DNA of 64,000 nt. Origin: Dictyostelium discoideum (lineage: Eukaryota). Position numbers and translations under genes: made by a program. Below are positions 36,970-48,200 of this stretch, piece after piece (within the stretch, counting starts at the first letter, position 1; every line of letters starts with the position of its first letter). A model generated the notes under the pieces. It did no database searches, was not told where the DNA came from, and was given only the letters and a program-made list of their open reading frames with translations. The stretch covers positions 1,728,001-1,792,000 of the forward strand of contig CM000154.2 of NCBI GenBank assembly GCA_000004695.1. Direction: 5' to 3'.

Positions 36970-37761
36970 ATGACAGAATCAGAAGTTTCAACACCAACTG
37001 TTGCACCACCAGTTATTTCATTGGCTGATAATGCAGATACAATTAAATTATATTCAAAGTATATTGTACCAGAGAATACTCCATTCAAAACAACTGATAA
37101 ACAAACTTTAATGGATAATTGTGCTTTCTTTGCTAAAATGTTTGTAAATCTCTCTGCCATGGCATTCAGTACTTTGGAACCATTGGATAAAAAAGAAACC
37201 AAAGAATTATCCAAAAAGGAAAAGAAGCAATTGAAAAAAGAAAAGAAAGCTCTCAAGAAAGAAAATAAAGGTGGTAAAGATAAAAAAGATAAAAAAGATA
37301 AAAAGGATAAAAAAGATAAAAAAGATAAAAAAGATAAAAAAGATAAAGGTGATAAAAAAGATAAAAAAGAAAAGAAAGAAAAGAAACATGATGATGATAA
37401 ATCAGAAGTCAAGGAAAAGAAAGAAAAGAAAGAAAAAGAAGATAGAACTATTGTAGAAATTAGAAATACCAAGAGTATTTTAGATGCATCTTCAACATCA
37501 GTATCAAGATTTGCTCCATGTATGATGTTTGTCAATTGTCCAAGTGGTCCAGCTGGTTTAGAATGTCGTATCTTAAAAGATACTTCAATCGCTAAATTAA
37601 AATCTGAAATTTGTTGGAATCAATATCTCACTAATCTCGTTCAATGCCAAGAAAGAGGTCTCTCCAAATGTTTCTCTAAATTTGTTGATTTACAAAAAAC
37701 TTGTAAACAAACTGAAATTCCAAAGAAATCTTTCTCTCTTTTTGATTCACTTTCTTATTAA
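36970..37761 (+). CDS. Hypothetical protein with central (KDKKDK)n / (EKKEKK)n basic repeat and a C-terminal 6-Cys domain
   Basis: A 263-aa ATG-initiated ORF. The central block is 'KGGKDKKDKKDKKDKKDKKDKKDKKDKGDKKDKKEKKEKK', encoded by an 18-nt tandem DNA repeat (gataaaaaagataaaaag)n at about 37270-37390. The C-terminus 'FAPCMMFVNCPSGPAGLECRILK...EICWNQYLTNLVQCQERGLSKCFSKFVDLQKTC' has six Cys. No family assignment. Confidence 0.5.
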   Translation: MTESEVSTPTVAPPVISLADNADTIKLYSKYIVPENTPFKTTDKQTLMDNCAFFAKMFVNLSAMAFSTLEPLDKKETKELSKKEKKQLKKEKKALKKENKGGKDKKDKKDKKDKKDKKDKKDKKDKGDKKDKKEKKEKKHDDDKSEVKEKKEKKEKEDRTIVEIRNTKSILDASSTSVSRFAPCMMFVNCPSGPAGLECRILKDTSIAKLKSEICWNQYLTNLVQCQERGLSKCFSKFVDLQKTCKQTEIPKKSFSLFDSLSY

Positions 37762-37771
37762 ATTTTCTAGG

Positions 37772-37805
<34 letters not shown>

Positions 37806-38483
37806 TTTTTTTTTTTTTAATCAATTTAATAATAATTCCATATCCATGTAAATATATTGAAATAAAAAAAAATAAAATAAATATAAAAAAAAAAACCACT
37901 TAAATCTTTCATTAAATATAAAAAAAATAAAATAAAATAAAATCATATAAAATATAAAATCAATATATATAAAAATAAATATTAAAATAAATAAAAAAAC
38001 AAATAAAAAAAAAAAAAAATTAAATTAATCTTTTTATATGTATTATTTAATAATTTTTTTTATAAATCGGATAATGGAATTATTGTTGTTTCTCATTGAG
38101 ATACTTGTTTTTTATTTTATTTATTGATTTTTTTTGATTGGAATATTGTTTTTAATGTTGTTTTGTATTGTTGTATCTCCTATTTATTCGAATAATATGT
38201 CTATTATGTTAACAGTTATTTTAAAATTTAAGCCTTTCAAAATCATCTAATTGTACATTTAATTTTATTTTTAATTTTTTTTTTTTTTTTTTTTTTAAAA
38301 AAAAATTTTTTAATCATTTAATTTTATTATTTTATAATTTTATTGTTTATTCTAATAAAATTTAAAAAAATGTAAATTTAAATCTAGCAAATAATTAACT
38401 AATATCTAAAAAAAAAAAAAAAAATGAAAATAATAATTAAAAATAAAAAATATACACAATTCCCAAATTTTTACTTAAATTTT

Positions 38484-38525
<42 letters not shown>

Positions 38526-38587
38526 GTGGTTTTTACGTAAAAACAAACAAATAATAAAAACAAAAAAAAAAAAAAAAAAAAAAAAGG

Positions 38588-39377
38588 ATGGGTAGAAGAT
38601 CATTTAATAAACAAGAACAACATAAAAAAAAATTAGAAATTAGTCAAACTATTAATTTACCACGTTCGTGGGATTATGTCAAAAAATTTACTCAACCATT
38701 TTTATATCCATTCAAATTTGAAACTTTAACCATTAAGCAATCAGAACTTGGTGATATTAAAATTAATGCAACTTTATGGGATACAGTAAGTTTTATTTCT
38801 TAAATACAAATTTGTATTATTTAAATAATACTAATAATTATTTTACTTTATTTTTTGGTTGAAAAAAAAAAAAAAAAAAAGGCAATTGTAATGTCAAAAT
38901 TCTTTGAAATTGTTATTGGTAGAGATGGATTAAAAGGAAAGAGAATTATAGAATTAGGTGGTGGTGTTGGATTAACAGGTATTGTTTTATCAAAAATGGG
39001 AGCAAATATTACAATTACAGAACAAAAATCAATGCATAGTATTTTAGATTTTAATGTTAGAAATAATTTAACAGATCTAAGTAAAACCAAAGTTTCAGAA
39101 TTATGGTGGGGTGATGATTTAACAAATTCAGAATATAAAGCACCTTATGATATGATCATTGGTTCAGATTTAATCTATGAAGATCATTGTATTGATTTAC
39201 TTTTAAAATCATTATTAGATTTATCTTCACATCATCCAAAACCAAAAAGTAAATATAGTGATATCATTGAACAAATTGATGCAAATAATGGTGAAATCCC
39301 TCAAGAATTATTAGAGAAATTAAAATTAGGTGAAAATGATGATAATAATGAAGATAATGAAGATAATGACCAACTTG

Positions 39378-39413
<36 letters not shown>

Positions 39414-39868
39414 TTAAAAATACTACTACTACGACTACTACAACAACAACAACAACTACTACTACTACTAATACTACCACAACTGAAACAAATACTGAAA
39501 CAAATACTGAAAATGATAATAAATCAAAGGAATTAAATTCAGAATTAAATATAAAAGAAAAAGAAAAGAAAAAGAAAAAGAAATCAATTAAAAAGAAAAA
39601 AGAAGATGATGAAGATCCAAAAAGTGAAGATTATTTATTTGCATCAGCATTACTTGAACCAGCTGATACTGTTATTTATTTAGGTTATGAAAATAGACAA
39701 ATGTCTGCAGAGTCAATATTTTTAAATAAGGTACATAATTATTTTGAAATTGAAGAAATTAAAACTACTCATTTAAATCCAGGTTTTGGTGGTGTTGATA
39801 TTAGAATATTAAAAATGAAAAAGAAACTTCAAACTTTAGAATTATTATTATCATATAATAAAAAATAA
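38588..39868 (+). CDS. Class I SAM-dependent protein-lysine methyltransferase, METTL21/family-16-like, with a long Asn/Thr low-complexity insert; 2 exons join(38588..38785,38882..39868)
   Basis: Exon 1 is 'MGRRSFNKQEQHKKKLEISQTINLPRSWDYVKKFTQPF...GDIKINATLWDT|GTAAGT'. An AG acceptor follows a poly(A) tract at 38880-38881. Exon 2 is 'AIVMSKFFEIVIGRDGLKGKRIIELGGGVGLTGIVLSKMGANITITE...LWWGDD...YDMIIGSDLIYE', which carries the motif I GxGxG and the DxxY motif typical of METTL21-type lysine methyltransferases. Confidence 0.7.
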
Positions 39869-39935
39869 AATAAATTAATAAATAAATAAATAATGTTTAT
39901 TAAAAATACCAAAATGGTAGATATTTTATTTTTTT

Positions 39936-41383
39936 TTAAGATAAAATTGTATTGTTATTATTATATTTTATACCAATTGGTAATTGATTTAATAATTTAC
40001 AAAAAAAGATATATTCATATTCTAAACATTTGATGATGTTATCTTTTGACAGAAAACCGTGACCTTCGCCAGGGAATAATTCTAAAATTGAGGGAATTCC
40101 TTTTGATTTTAAATGATCATACATTAATACTGATTGATTGTATGGAACTACATGATCCTCTAAACCATGAAATAAAGCAATTGGTGATTTCAATAGGTCT
40201 AAATGATTAATTGGTGATCTATCTTTATAGATTCTTTTCCATTCTCCATTTGGTCCATCAAGTTTCATTTCAGTGATTAAAGTATCTTGATATCTACTTT
40301 CAAATTTATGAGTTTCTTTGAATAGTGTTTCTAAATCTGCCACACCATAATAGGAACAACCACCTTTGAAAATATCATAAAATGTTAAACTACATAATGT
40401 TGCAAACCCACCAGCACTTCCACCATCAATAAACATTTTATCTTTATCAGCTAATCCCATTTTAACCATATGTAATGCTGCATTTACTAAATCAGCATTA
40501 TCATAAAGACCCCAATTTCCATTTAACAATTTTCTATATCTCTTACCAAATCCACTCGAACCTCTATAATTAACATCTAAAATTGCAAATCCTCTACTAG
40601 TCCAATATTGATATTCATAATTTAATACAGAATATGCTCTATCTGTTGGTCCACCATGTGATTTAACTAATAATGGTGGTGGTGGTGTTGTTGTTGTTGA
40701 AGAATCTTTCTTAAAAGTTGGTGGATAATAATATGCAAAAGCTTTTTCAATTAAATTATCAGATTTACTTGATGTATTAAATTCAATTTCAATTGGTTTT
40801 GAAATCATTGAGTCAGTAATTGATTCACCACCTTTAACATTTAAAAGTTGTTTAAATTCACATTTCTTTGAATCACTATTATAGTTTAATTTAATTGGTG
40901 AAAACATTACAGTTGATGAACCACCAATAAATAATGCAGTTGATAGTGATGGTGACGCAACTATTGATTTAACATGAGAGAATTGATTTCTAATGATTTG
41001 TTCAACTTGATTAGTTTCAATATTGAAAATTACCAAACCATAATCTGCTAAAGCTGCAATTAATTTGCTTGGTGTAATGAAACCATAATAACTTCTACCA
41101 AAATACCACATTGGTTCACCAATTTCTTTAAAATCAATTAATTCCGATGAGATTACTTGACTTCTTTTCTTTGATTTTAAATCATATTTATGAATGGTCC
41201 AATAACCATTTAAATCTGAAATAAAGTATAAACAATCATCAAATTCATTCCAAATTGGATTCAATACTGATTCTTCATAACCATTACTTATATTTATAAT
41301 TTCATTGGTTTTTAAATCTTTTATACAAACATTTGAATTATCCCATGGCATATTTGGAAAATTCCAATAAATATAAGCTAATA

Positions 41384-41438
<55 letters not shown>

Positions 41439-42136
41439 ATCTTTACCATTATAAAGTGTTGGATAAGCATAAAAGTCATGACCTTTTTCAATGATTTCAA
41501 TTTCATTGGTTTTTAAATTAATTTCAACTAAATAATGTAAAACTTCTTTTTCATTTGTATGATCTTCACAAACCATAATAACCTTTTCATTTTCTTTATT
41601 AACGGAACCACTTGAAAATCTTAATTTATTACTATTAGTGGAATTTGTGGTGTTTTTGTTTTTAAAAATTAATTTCTTTGGTTCATCATTCACTTTATAT
41701 GGATGGAATAAATATAATTCTTGAGTTTCACATTCTGAGAATAAAATTAAAAATTCCTCATCCTTATTTGATTTTGGTTCATTAATTATTGTAATTGAAT
41801 TACCACCATATTCAATTATTGAACTTATTATATTAAACTTTTTTGGTATTAAATCACTATTTTTTTTTTTTTTTTCAAAAATTATTAATTAATTTTGTTT
41901 TGGGAAGAAAAAAAAAAAAAAGAAAAAATAATAATAATAATAATAAATAATTACATTCTATTACCAAAATTATCAATTTGAATTAGAGTTGATCTTGTTT
42001 CTTCCTCTGGTATTATTTCAAAAAATAAAGAGAAATCATTATTTGATGGTTTAAAACTTTCTAAGTACCTTGAATCCTTATTATTAACAACCAAATCAAT
42101 TGAAATTAGGTTTAGATCATTACTTGTATCACTCAT
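39936..42136 (-). CDS. Peptidase family S9 serine hydrolase (acylaminoacyl-peptidase/prolyl-oligopeptidase-like: N-terminal beta-propeller plus C-terminal alpha/beta hydrolase); proposed complement(join(39936..41856,41955..42136)); alternative start at 42238
   Basis: The ORF 39936..41693 carries the nucleophile elbow 'IDGGSAGGFATL' and a C-terminal 'HGLEDHVVP' region. The reading frame stays open upstream of its first Met ('...SDLIPKKFNIISSIIEYGGNSITIINEPK...YKVNDEPKK'). A 5' exon 'MSDTSNDLNLISIDLVVNNKDSRYLESFKPSNNDFSLFFEIIPEEETRSTLIQIDNFGNR' (ATG 42136) joins via a phase-2 GTAATT donor (41954) and an AAATAG acceptor (41859-41857). The total is about 700 aa, the expected S9 size. Confidence 0.75.
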
Positions 42137-42589
42137 TGGTATAATGTTGGAATTTTTTTTTTTATGTTCACTAAAAATAGTAAAAACTAAAAAAAAGAAA
42201 AACAAACAAAAATATATTATGAAATTAAAAATTTTCATGAAAACTAAAAAAAAAAAAAAAAAAAAGATTTATAAACCAAAAATAAAAAAAAAAATTTTAA
42301 AAAAAAAAAATTAAACATCTCACTACTGGTGTTCTTTAGATCAACTTAAAAATTTAATACAAAAAAAAAAAAAATAAATAAAATAAATTTTTTTTTTTAT
42401 TTTTTTATTTTTTTTTTAACCTTATAAAAAGGGTTAAAAAAAAGATAATAATTAAAAATAAATGATTGACTAAAATTAAAAAAATCCAAATTCTTGATAA
42501 TTAAAAAATTTTCTTTTTTTTAAAAAATAATAACATAAATATTGGTTTTTTTATTTTATTTTATTTTTTTTACATTTAATTGGAATATA

Positions 42590-43346
42590 TTATGATTGGT
42601 AATATGGTTTTGAACGAATAGTATTTCTACAATAATTTTTAATTTCAGCAATAGTTAAATATCCATCTCTGTTTTTATCAATTTCAGTGAAAATATGATT
42701 AGCATTTTCTTTTGGATGATCTGAACCAATACTTTCAAAACATTGTTCAAGTTCTTTAAAATCAATTCTATTATCTCTATTTTTATCATATCTCAATAGA
42801 AATGCTTCAATATCATCTTGAAAATATTGTTTTATTTGATCCTCTCTTACTTTATCTTGATATCTTTTAAATATTTCTTCCTGAATTTCATCATATGAAA
42901 TTTTTCCTTATATACATTTAAAATTAAAAATTATTCGGTAAATAAAAAAAGAATAATATTTAAAAAAAAATAAAAAATTCATACCTTCATTATCTAGATC
43001 ATACATTTTAAATAATACAATTGCACATTTCTCTGGATATTTTGATCCCATCCTTTTAAAAAATTCAATAGCTTCATTTATAGTTACTTCTCCATTTTTA
43101 TCTCCATCATATTGACCAATTATTTCTTTTTTTTTTTTTTGTATATACATATTTTTTTTTTTAATAATTTAATATACACAAGAATAAAGAAAAAAATAAT
43201 TTTAAAAAAGATAATGTTAAATTAATTATTTATGTAAATTTTATTAATAAAAAAAATACTTTAAAAATATAAATTTTTTTTTTTAAAGTAAAATTTTTAT
43301 ACTTACTTTCAACATCTTTTTCTATTTGTTCATATATTCTTGACAT
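42590..43346 (-). CDS. Small four-EF-hand calcium-binding protein (about 165 aa); 3 exons complement(join(42590..42906,42985..43125,43307..43346))
   Basis: Exon 1 is 'MSRIYEQIEKDVE' (ATG 43346-43344) with a phase-1 GTAAGT donor. The 181-nt intron ends at an AAG acceptor at 43127-43126. Exon 2 is '(K)IIGQYDGDKNGEVTINEAIEFFKRMGSKYPEKCAIVLFKMYDLDNEG' with a phase-1 GTATGA donor (42984). After a 78-nt intron, exon 3 is 'KISYDEIQEEIFKRY...LRYDKNRDNRIDFKELEQCFESIG...TEIDKNRDGYLTIAEIKNY...'. There are four canonical EF loops: DGDKNGEVT, DLDNEGKIS, DKNRDNRID and DKNRDGYLT. Confidence 0.7.
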
Positions 43347-43625
43347 GTGTGTTTATTATTGTTTAAAAAAACATTAATAAAATAAAAAATAATAAAAACA
43401 GAATAATAAAAAAAAAAAAAAATTATTAACTGTGTTTAATTTACATTTAAATTTTTTTATTTTTTTTTTTGGTATATATTTTTTCATTTTTTTTTTTTTT
43501 TTGTAATATTAATTTTTTGTAATATTAATTTTTAATTGCATATTAAAATATATGATTATATCTACATTTGATTAATATAAACCAAAATCTTTTCATAAAA
43601 ATAATTTTTGATAATTTTTTTTGAA

Positions 43626-43865
43626 AAATTAAGCTTAGTAATAATTATAAAAGTAAGCTGTTTGAAAAGTGAGGAAGGATTAATTTTTTAAGAAAAGTTT
43701 ATTTTTTATAAATCATTTAATTTTCAAAGCCTAAATATTATTAAAAAAATTAAGCTCAACTTAATGATAATTATAACTAAAAAATTAAGCTTAATCTAAT
43801 AATAATAAATTATTAAAGTATATATTAATGTGTTTCAAAAGTGGGAATCATTTTATTTTTTTATA
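43626..43865. repeat. Duplicated intergenic sequence elements in a bidirectional promoter region (box 'AAATTAAGCTYA' three times; about 60-80 nt composite unit twice)
   Basis: 'aaattaagcttagtaataattataa...gtttgaaaagtgaggaaggattaatttttt' (43626-43690) recurs as 'aaaattaagcttaatctaataataataaatt...gtttcaaaagtgggaatcattttattttt' (43781-43860). A third 'aaaattaagctcaacttaatgataattataac' sits at 43746-43777. The elements lie between the divergently transcribed EF-hand gene (5' end 43346) and the TM-vWA gene (ATG 44020). Confidence 0.5.
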
Positions 43866-44019
43866 AATCTTTTTTTACTATTTTAAGTCATAGGAAAAAA
43901 ATAAAAAAAAAAATAAATAAAAAATAAAAAAAAAATAAAAAAAATAAAAAAAAATGTATTTAAATCAATGGAATTTTTAAATTTTTAAATATATATATTA
44001 TTAATAATTTCAAATAATA

Positions 44020-45449
44020 ATGTCAGATATATTTTCTACTCATTTAAAAAATTATTTTCTATCTTTTTACGGTAGTGGAGTAAAATTAATAGATTTACTT
44101 TTTAAAGATAGTTGTAATTTTAGATCTATTTCACTATTTGATATTTTAAACTGTTTTATTTTAATTTTAATTATTAAAATAGCAATTGTTAGTTTAACCT
44201 TAACAAATGTGGTAACCTTTTTTATTTTATCAATATTTAATATTATATTATTTATATTACTTTTAATTCTTCTTTTATTTAAAATCAAATTCATCTTTTT
44301 AAGTTTAAAAAGTCACACAAGCAATACACCATCATTTACAGTTGGTCCATATCACCCATCAGTTTTTGCAACTATAAAAAATAAAAAATCTTTACATTCA
44401 CAAAAACATAAAAGCAATATCTCTGAAAATGGGGCATTTTATTTTTCATTTCTTGATGATGGTTATTATGAAACAGAATTGTAAGTAATTTTTTTAAAAA
44501 AAAATTTAAATCTTTTTAATTAATATAAAATAAAATTTATTGGGATTTTTTAAATAATAATTAATTTTTAGTTTTATTGAAAATGGTCATTCAAATAAAT
44601 TGGTATTAAAAAAAATTGAAATTGTTAAGCAAAGGTGATAAATTTACACCAGATTTTATTGATTTATCATCATCAATAGTTGATGTATCATTCCGTGCAT
44701 TTGATAAACCAGTTTCAAATTCAAATGTAAAAGGAACAATTGAAATGTTAAATGATGGTAGCAAAGTATCATTCACTTCAAAAACTGATGAAAATGGAAC
44801 ATATTCAACTATATTACCAGAGTGTAAAATTTCAATTGATGTTGAAGGTACTGTTGATGGAAATCCAGTTAAAATCAATGAAACCATTGATATTCAAAAA
44901 CCAGAAGTTATAAACAGTATTGAAGAATTAAAAGATATTAAACCAAAATCATTTGAAAAATCTGAAAAATGTACAGATTATAATATTAAAAGTAAATCAA
45001 AAAAGAGTGTTCTTTTAGTAGATGTATCTTGTTCAATGGGTGGCCAACCATTGGAAGTGGCAAAGAGTAATTCCAAAAAATTCATTATAGATTCTCAACT
45101 ATTTGCAATTGGAGCTTGGTCTGATGCAATAAAATTCTTTAAAGACTCTTGGGAAACCTCTTCAAATATATCAGCTGCCAATTCATGGATTGATGGTTTA
45201 TGTGTAAATGGTGGTACCGATATTAAACAAGCCATTGAGGGAGCAATTTCAAAGTTCAAAGATGCTGATGAGTTTTGGATTTTATGTGATGGAGATACTA
45301 GTACTTTCCCAGATTTACAATCTTGGTCAAACTTTTATTCAAATAATTCAAAATACTTAATTAACTTTGTTGGAATTGGTGGTTCATCAGACGAAAGAAT
45401 GAAAAACATGGCACAAATTAGTAGAGGTAAATTCATAAAAGTTTGTTAA
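44020..45449 (+). CDS. Membrane protein with an N-terminal multi-TM region, a carboxypeptidase-regulatory-like/Ig-like beta-sandwich segment and a C-terminal von Willebrand factor A (vWA) domain with a MIDAS motif; proposed join(44020..44482,44631..45449)
   Basis: Exon 1 (ATG 44020) encodes hydrophobic helices 'CFILILIIKIAIVSLTLTNVVTFFILSIFNIILFILLLILLLF' and ends '...GYYETE(F)' at a phase-2 GTAAGT donor (44483). The downstream frame (ORF track 44616..45449, whose 'M' is a TTG) has no ATG and is closed upstream by TAA at 44607, so it must be an internal exon. The only frame-compatible acceptor is the weak AAG at 44628-44630; the stronger TTTTAG at 44570 leads to a stop after 22 codons. Exon 2 is '(F)KGDKFTPDFIDLSSS...VKGTIEMLNDGSKVSFTSKTDENGTYSTILPECKISIDVEG...'. 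The vWA domain reads 'VLLVDVSCSMGG...FAIGAWSD...NGGTDIKQAIEGA...FWILCDGDTS' with a DxSxS...T...D MIDAS arrangement. Confidence 0.5.
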
Positions 45450-45776
45450 GATTTCCAAAAAAAAAAAAAAAAAAAAAAAACTGAAAAAAAATTGAAAAAA
45501 TAGTTTTTTTGGTGTAAATAAATAGAGAAATAAAATAGATATACAAAATAATATTAAAAAAAACAAATGTAATAATTCCTTTCCCAAATTATATTCATAT
45601 CTTTTTTTTTAAATTATTAAAGTTTTTTCTAACTAAACTATATTCATGAAAAAAAAAAAATATAAAGCTCTCTTCCTCATTAATCGGATTAAGTTATTAT
45701 CATTATTTTTTTAATACTCAAATTTAATTATTAAATTATTTTTTTATTTTATTTGATAAACTTGGATATGATAAAT

Positions 45777-45814
<38 letters not shown>

Positions 45815-45938
45815 GAGAAATTAATTAATTTTAAATAATTTTTTTTTTTATTTGAAGAGTTTTTATTTAATTGTTTATTTTTAGTGCCATTCATTTAACC
45901 AATCTAAATTATAATTATAAAATTAATTTAAAATGTCT

Positions 45939-45969
<31 letters not shown>

Positions 45970-46013
45970 CTAAATAATAAATCAAAGCGAAATACTTTTA
46001 TTTATTTTTTTAT

Positions 46014-46917
46014 TTATCTGTGAGAAGCTAATGTGAAAATACCAGCTACCAAAGCAGTAAAACATCCACATAAGGTTGACCACCATCCACCACCTGGTAA
46101 CCATTTGAAATAATCGTCATCACCAATAATTTTATCACACCATCTCTCTTCACATGCTCCAAGAAGATTGGCACTAAGAACTTCAGTATCATCATAGAAT
46201 GCTTTTGGTGCACCCAAAAATGTAAAGAATGATATGAATAACATGACAATGGTTGCAATTGAACAACCAATACATAAAAGTTTCCAAACGCATGATCTGC
46301 ATAATTTTGGTGATAAAAGAAGAATTAATTGTAAAAGAGCAGTACCAAGAGCAAGAGCTGATGCAATTACCAAGAAACTAAGTGAAGAGTTTAAAATTTT
46401 TGAAATATTATCAACACTGAGTGGATTTACAAGAGCTGATGCAACACAAAGTTTGGTTGCAATTGAATTTGAATCAATTTCATCATCATCATAATTTAAT
46501 GTTAATTTCTAAAATAAAAAATAAATAATTAGTATATGTTTTTTTTAAAAAAAAAAAAAATAATAAAAATAAAATAATAAAAAATAGTTATATTAAAAAA
46601 ATCAAGAATTGTGTATAAAAAAAAAAAAAAAAAACAAACTTACATCTTCACCATCAGTTTGGCATGAGAATTTTTTCCAACTATATTGTACTACAACTTT
46701 GTCTAGTATTTTAGTTTCTTTCTTTTCAATTTGATACCATCTATTATTATTTATTTATTTAAATTTTTTTTTTTTTTTTTTTTTCAATAAAAAAAAAAGT
46801 TATTAGAAGAATGAAAAAAAAAAAAAAATAAAAAATAAATACATACGGTAATGCAAAAGAAATTATACAACAAACTAAAACAATTACTGATAATGCAATT
46901 CCAATTTTTAATTTCAT
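46014..46917 (-). CDS. Hypothetical small 4-TM membrane protein (about 220 aa) with Cys-containing extracellular loops; 3 exons complement(join(46014..46508,46644..46740,46847..46917))
   Basis: Exon 1 is 'MKLKIGIALSVIVLVCCIISFALP' (ATG 46917) with a phase-2 GTATGT donor. Exon 2 is '(P)WYQIEKKETKILDKVVVQYSWKKFSCQTDGED|GTAAGT'. Exon 3 is 'KLTLNYDDDEIDSNSIATKLCVASALVNPL...' running into ORF 46014..46373 ('...LGACEERWCDKIIGDDDYFKWLPGGGWWSTLCGCFTALVAGIFTLASHR'). The splice phases are all consistent, and the introns are about 100-135 nt and AT-rich. Confidence 0.5.
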
Positions 46918-47552
46918 TTTTTATATATATATATATTTTTTTTTTATAGTACAACAATTTTATTATTTATTTTTTATTTTTTATTTTTTTTTATATATCT
47001 TTTTGATATTTTATAAATATTTAAAAATAAAAGATATTTTAGTTTTTATTTTATATTTTTATGAAAATGAAAAAGAAAATGATTGTCAGTTGCCAGTTTT
47101 ATACTGAAATTTTCCATAAAAAAAAAAAAAATCAAAAAAAAAATTAAAAAAAATTAAAAATAAATGATTTTTTTCATTAAAAGAATTAAACTGTTTCATT
47201 CAGGTTTTTTTTTATTTTAAATTTTTTTTATTTTTATTTTTATTTTTTTTTTGAAAATTTTTTATAGATGTAATCTGAAAATGATGATAATTCCGAAAAG
47301 TCCAAAAATTATTTTTATTATTTGAATTAAAAAATTTTTAGGGCACTCTCTTTTCTTAATTTTTTTTTTTTTTTTGAATTGGTTATTATAAAATATTCTA
47401 AAATACAAAAAAAACAAAAAAAAAATTTTTATTTTGAATAAAATATTTTTCAAACACTCTTTAATTAATTAATTAATTTATAAAAAAAGTGATTGGTGGT
47501 GTGATTTTTTTTTTTTTTTATTATGGGGTAATGACTAAAAATGATGATAAAA

Positions 47553-47594
<42 letters not shown>

Positions 47595-47760
47595 TTCAAT
47601 TTTTTTTGAAGTTTTTCTTTTATTCCTCATTACTTTTCAAACTTCAACAAATTATTTGAATAAATGAAATCGGTTTTTTTTTTAAATAAAATTGATTCTA
47701 TGATTTTATGATTTGAGATAGTTTAATTTTAAATTATTTTATTTTATTTTATTTATTTAT

Positions 47761-47960
47761 TTATTTTTTTTTATTAATTAAATTTGAGAAATGAAAAAAA
47801 ATAATAATAACCAATCCAACTAATGAGACAAGTATCTCAAAGAGAACTGGTACTTGAACTTTTAATGTGTATTTTCCATTTTTATCTGTAACAACATCTG
47901 CAGTCTTAGTTCTATTTGGTGAAGTGATAATAACTTGAAGACCTGATAATGAGTTTACTG

Positions 47961-47998
<38 letters not shown>

Positions 47999-48200
47999 GA
48001 ATATCAGGTTAAACACACTAATCACCTGGTGAGGAACATCTTCATTTGTATTTATTCACAGGTCCTTAAGTTGTTGATTGAATAACCATTTGAGCACAGC
48101 AATATGTACTTGGGTACTTTAACGCGTATTTACAATTTTCATAAATAACAAGATCTGGGATTGAGCTTCCTTTTATGGTGTGATAACTGATAATAAATAG
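47761..48200 (-). CDS. Partial/unresolved gene whose 3' exon (47761..47942) encodes a carboxypeptidase-regulatory-like beta-sandwich segment, a C-terminal TM helix and a short basic tail
   Basis: The minus strand after the acceptor 'tcattatcag' (AG at 47944-47943) reads '(x)LQVIITSPNRTKTADVVTDKNGKYTLKVQVPVLFEILVSLVGLVIIIFFHFSNLINKKK*' with the stop at 47763-47761. The region upstream at 48000-48200 contains open coding-like stretches ('...IISYHTIKGSSIPDLVIYENCKYALKYPSTYCCAQM...', 'MKMFLT|GTGATT'), but I could not find a phase-consistent exon chain. A (TA)16 tract at 47961-47992 lies in the presumed intron. Confidence 0.3.

Noticed and set aside
47961-47992. The (TA)16 tract and nearby 3361-3440 (TA)n considered as possible regulatory or Z-DNA elements
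   Set aside because: Both fall inside predicted introns of AT-rich genes; simple dinucleotide microsatellites are ubiquitous in this genome.
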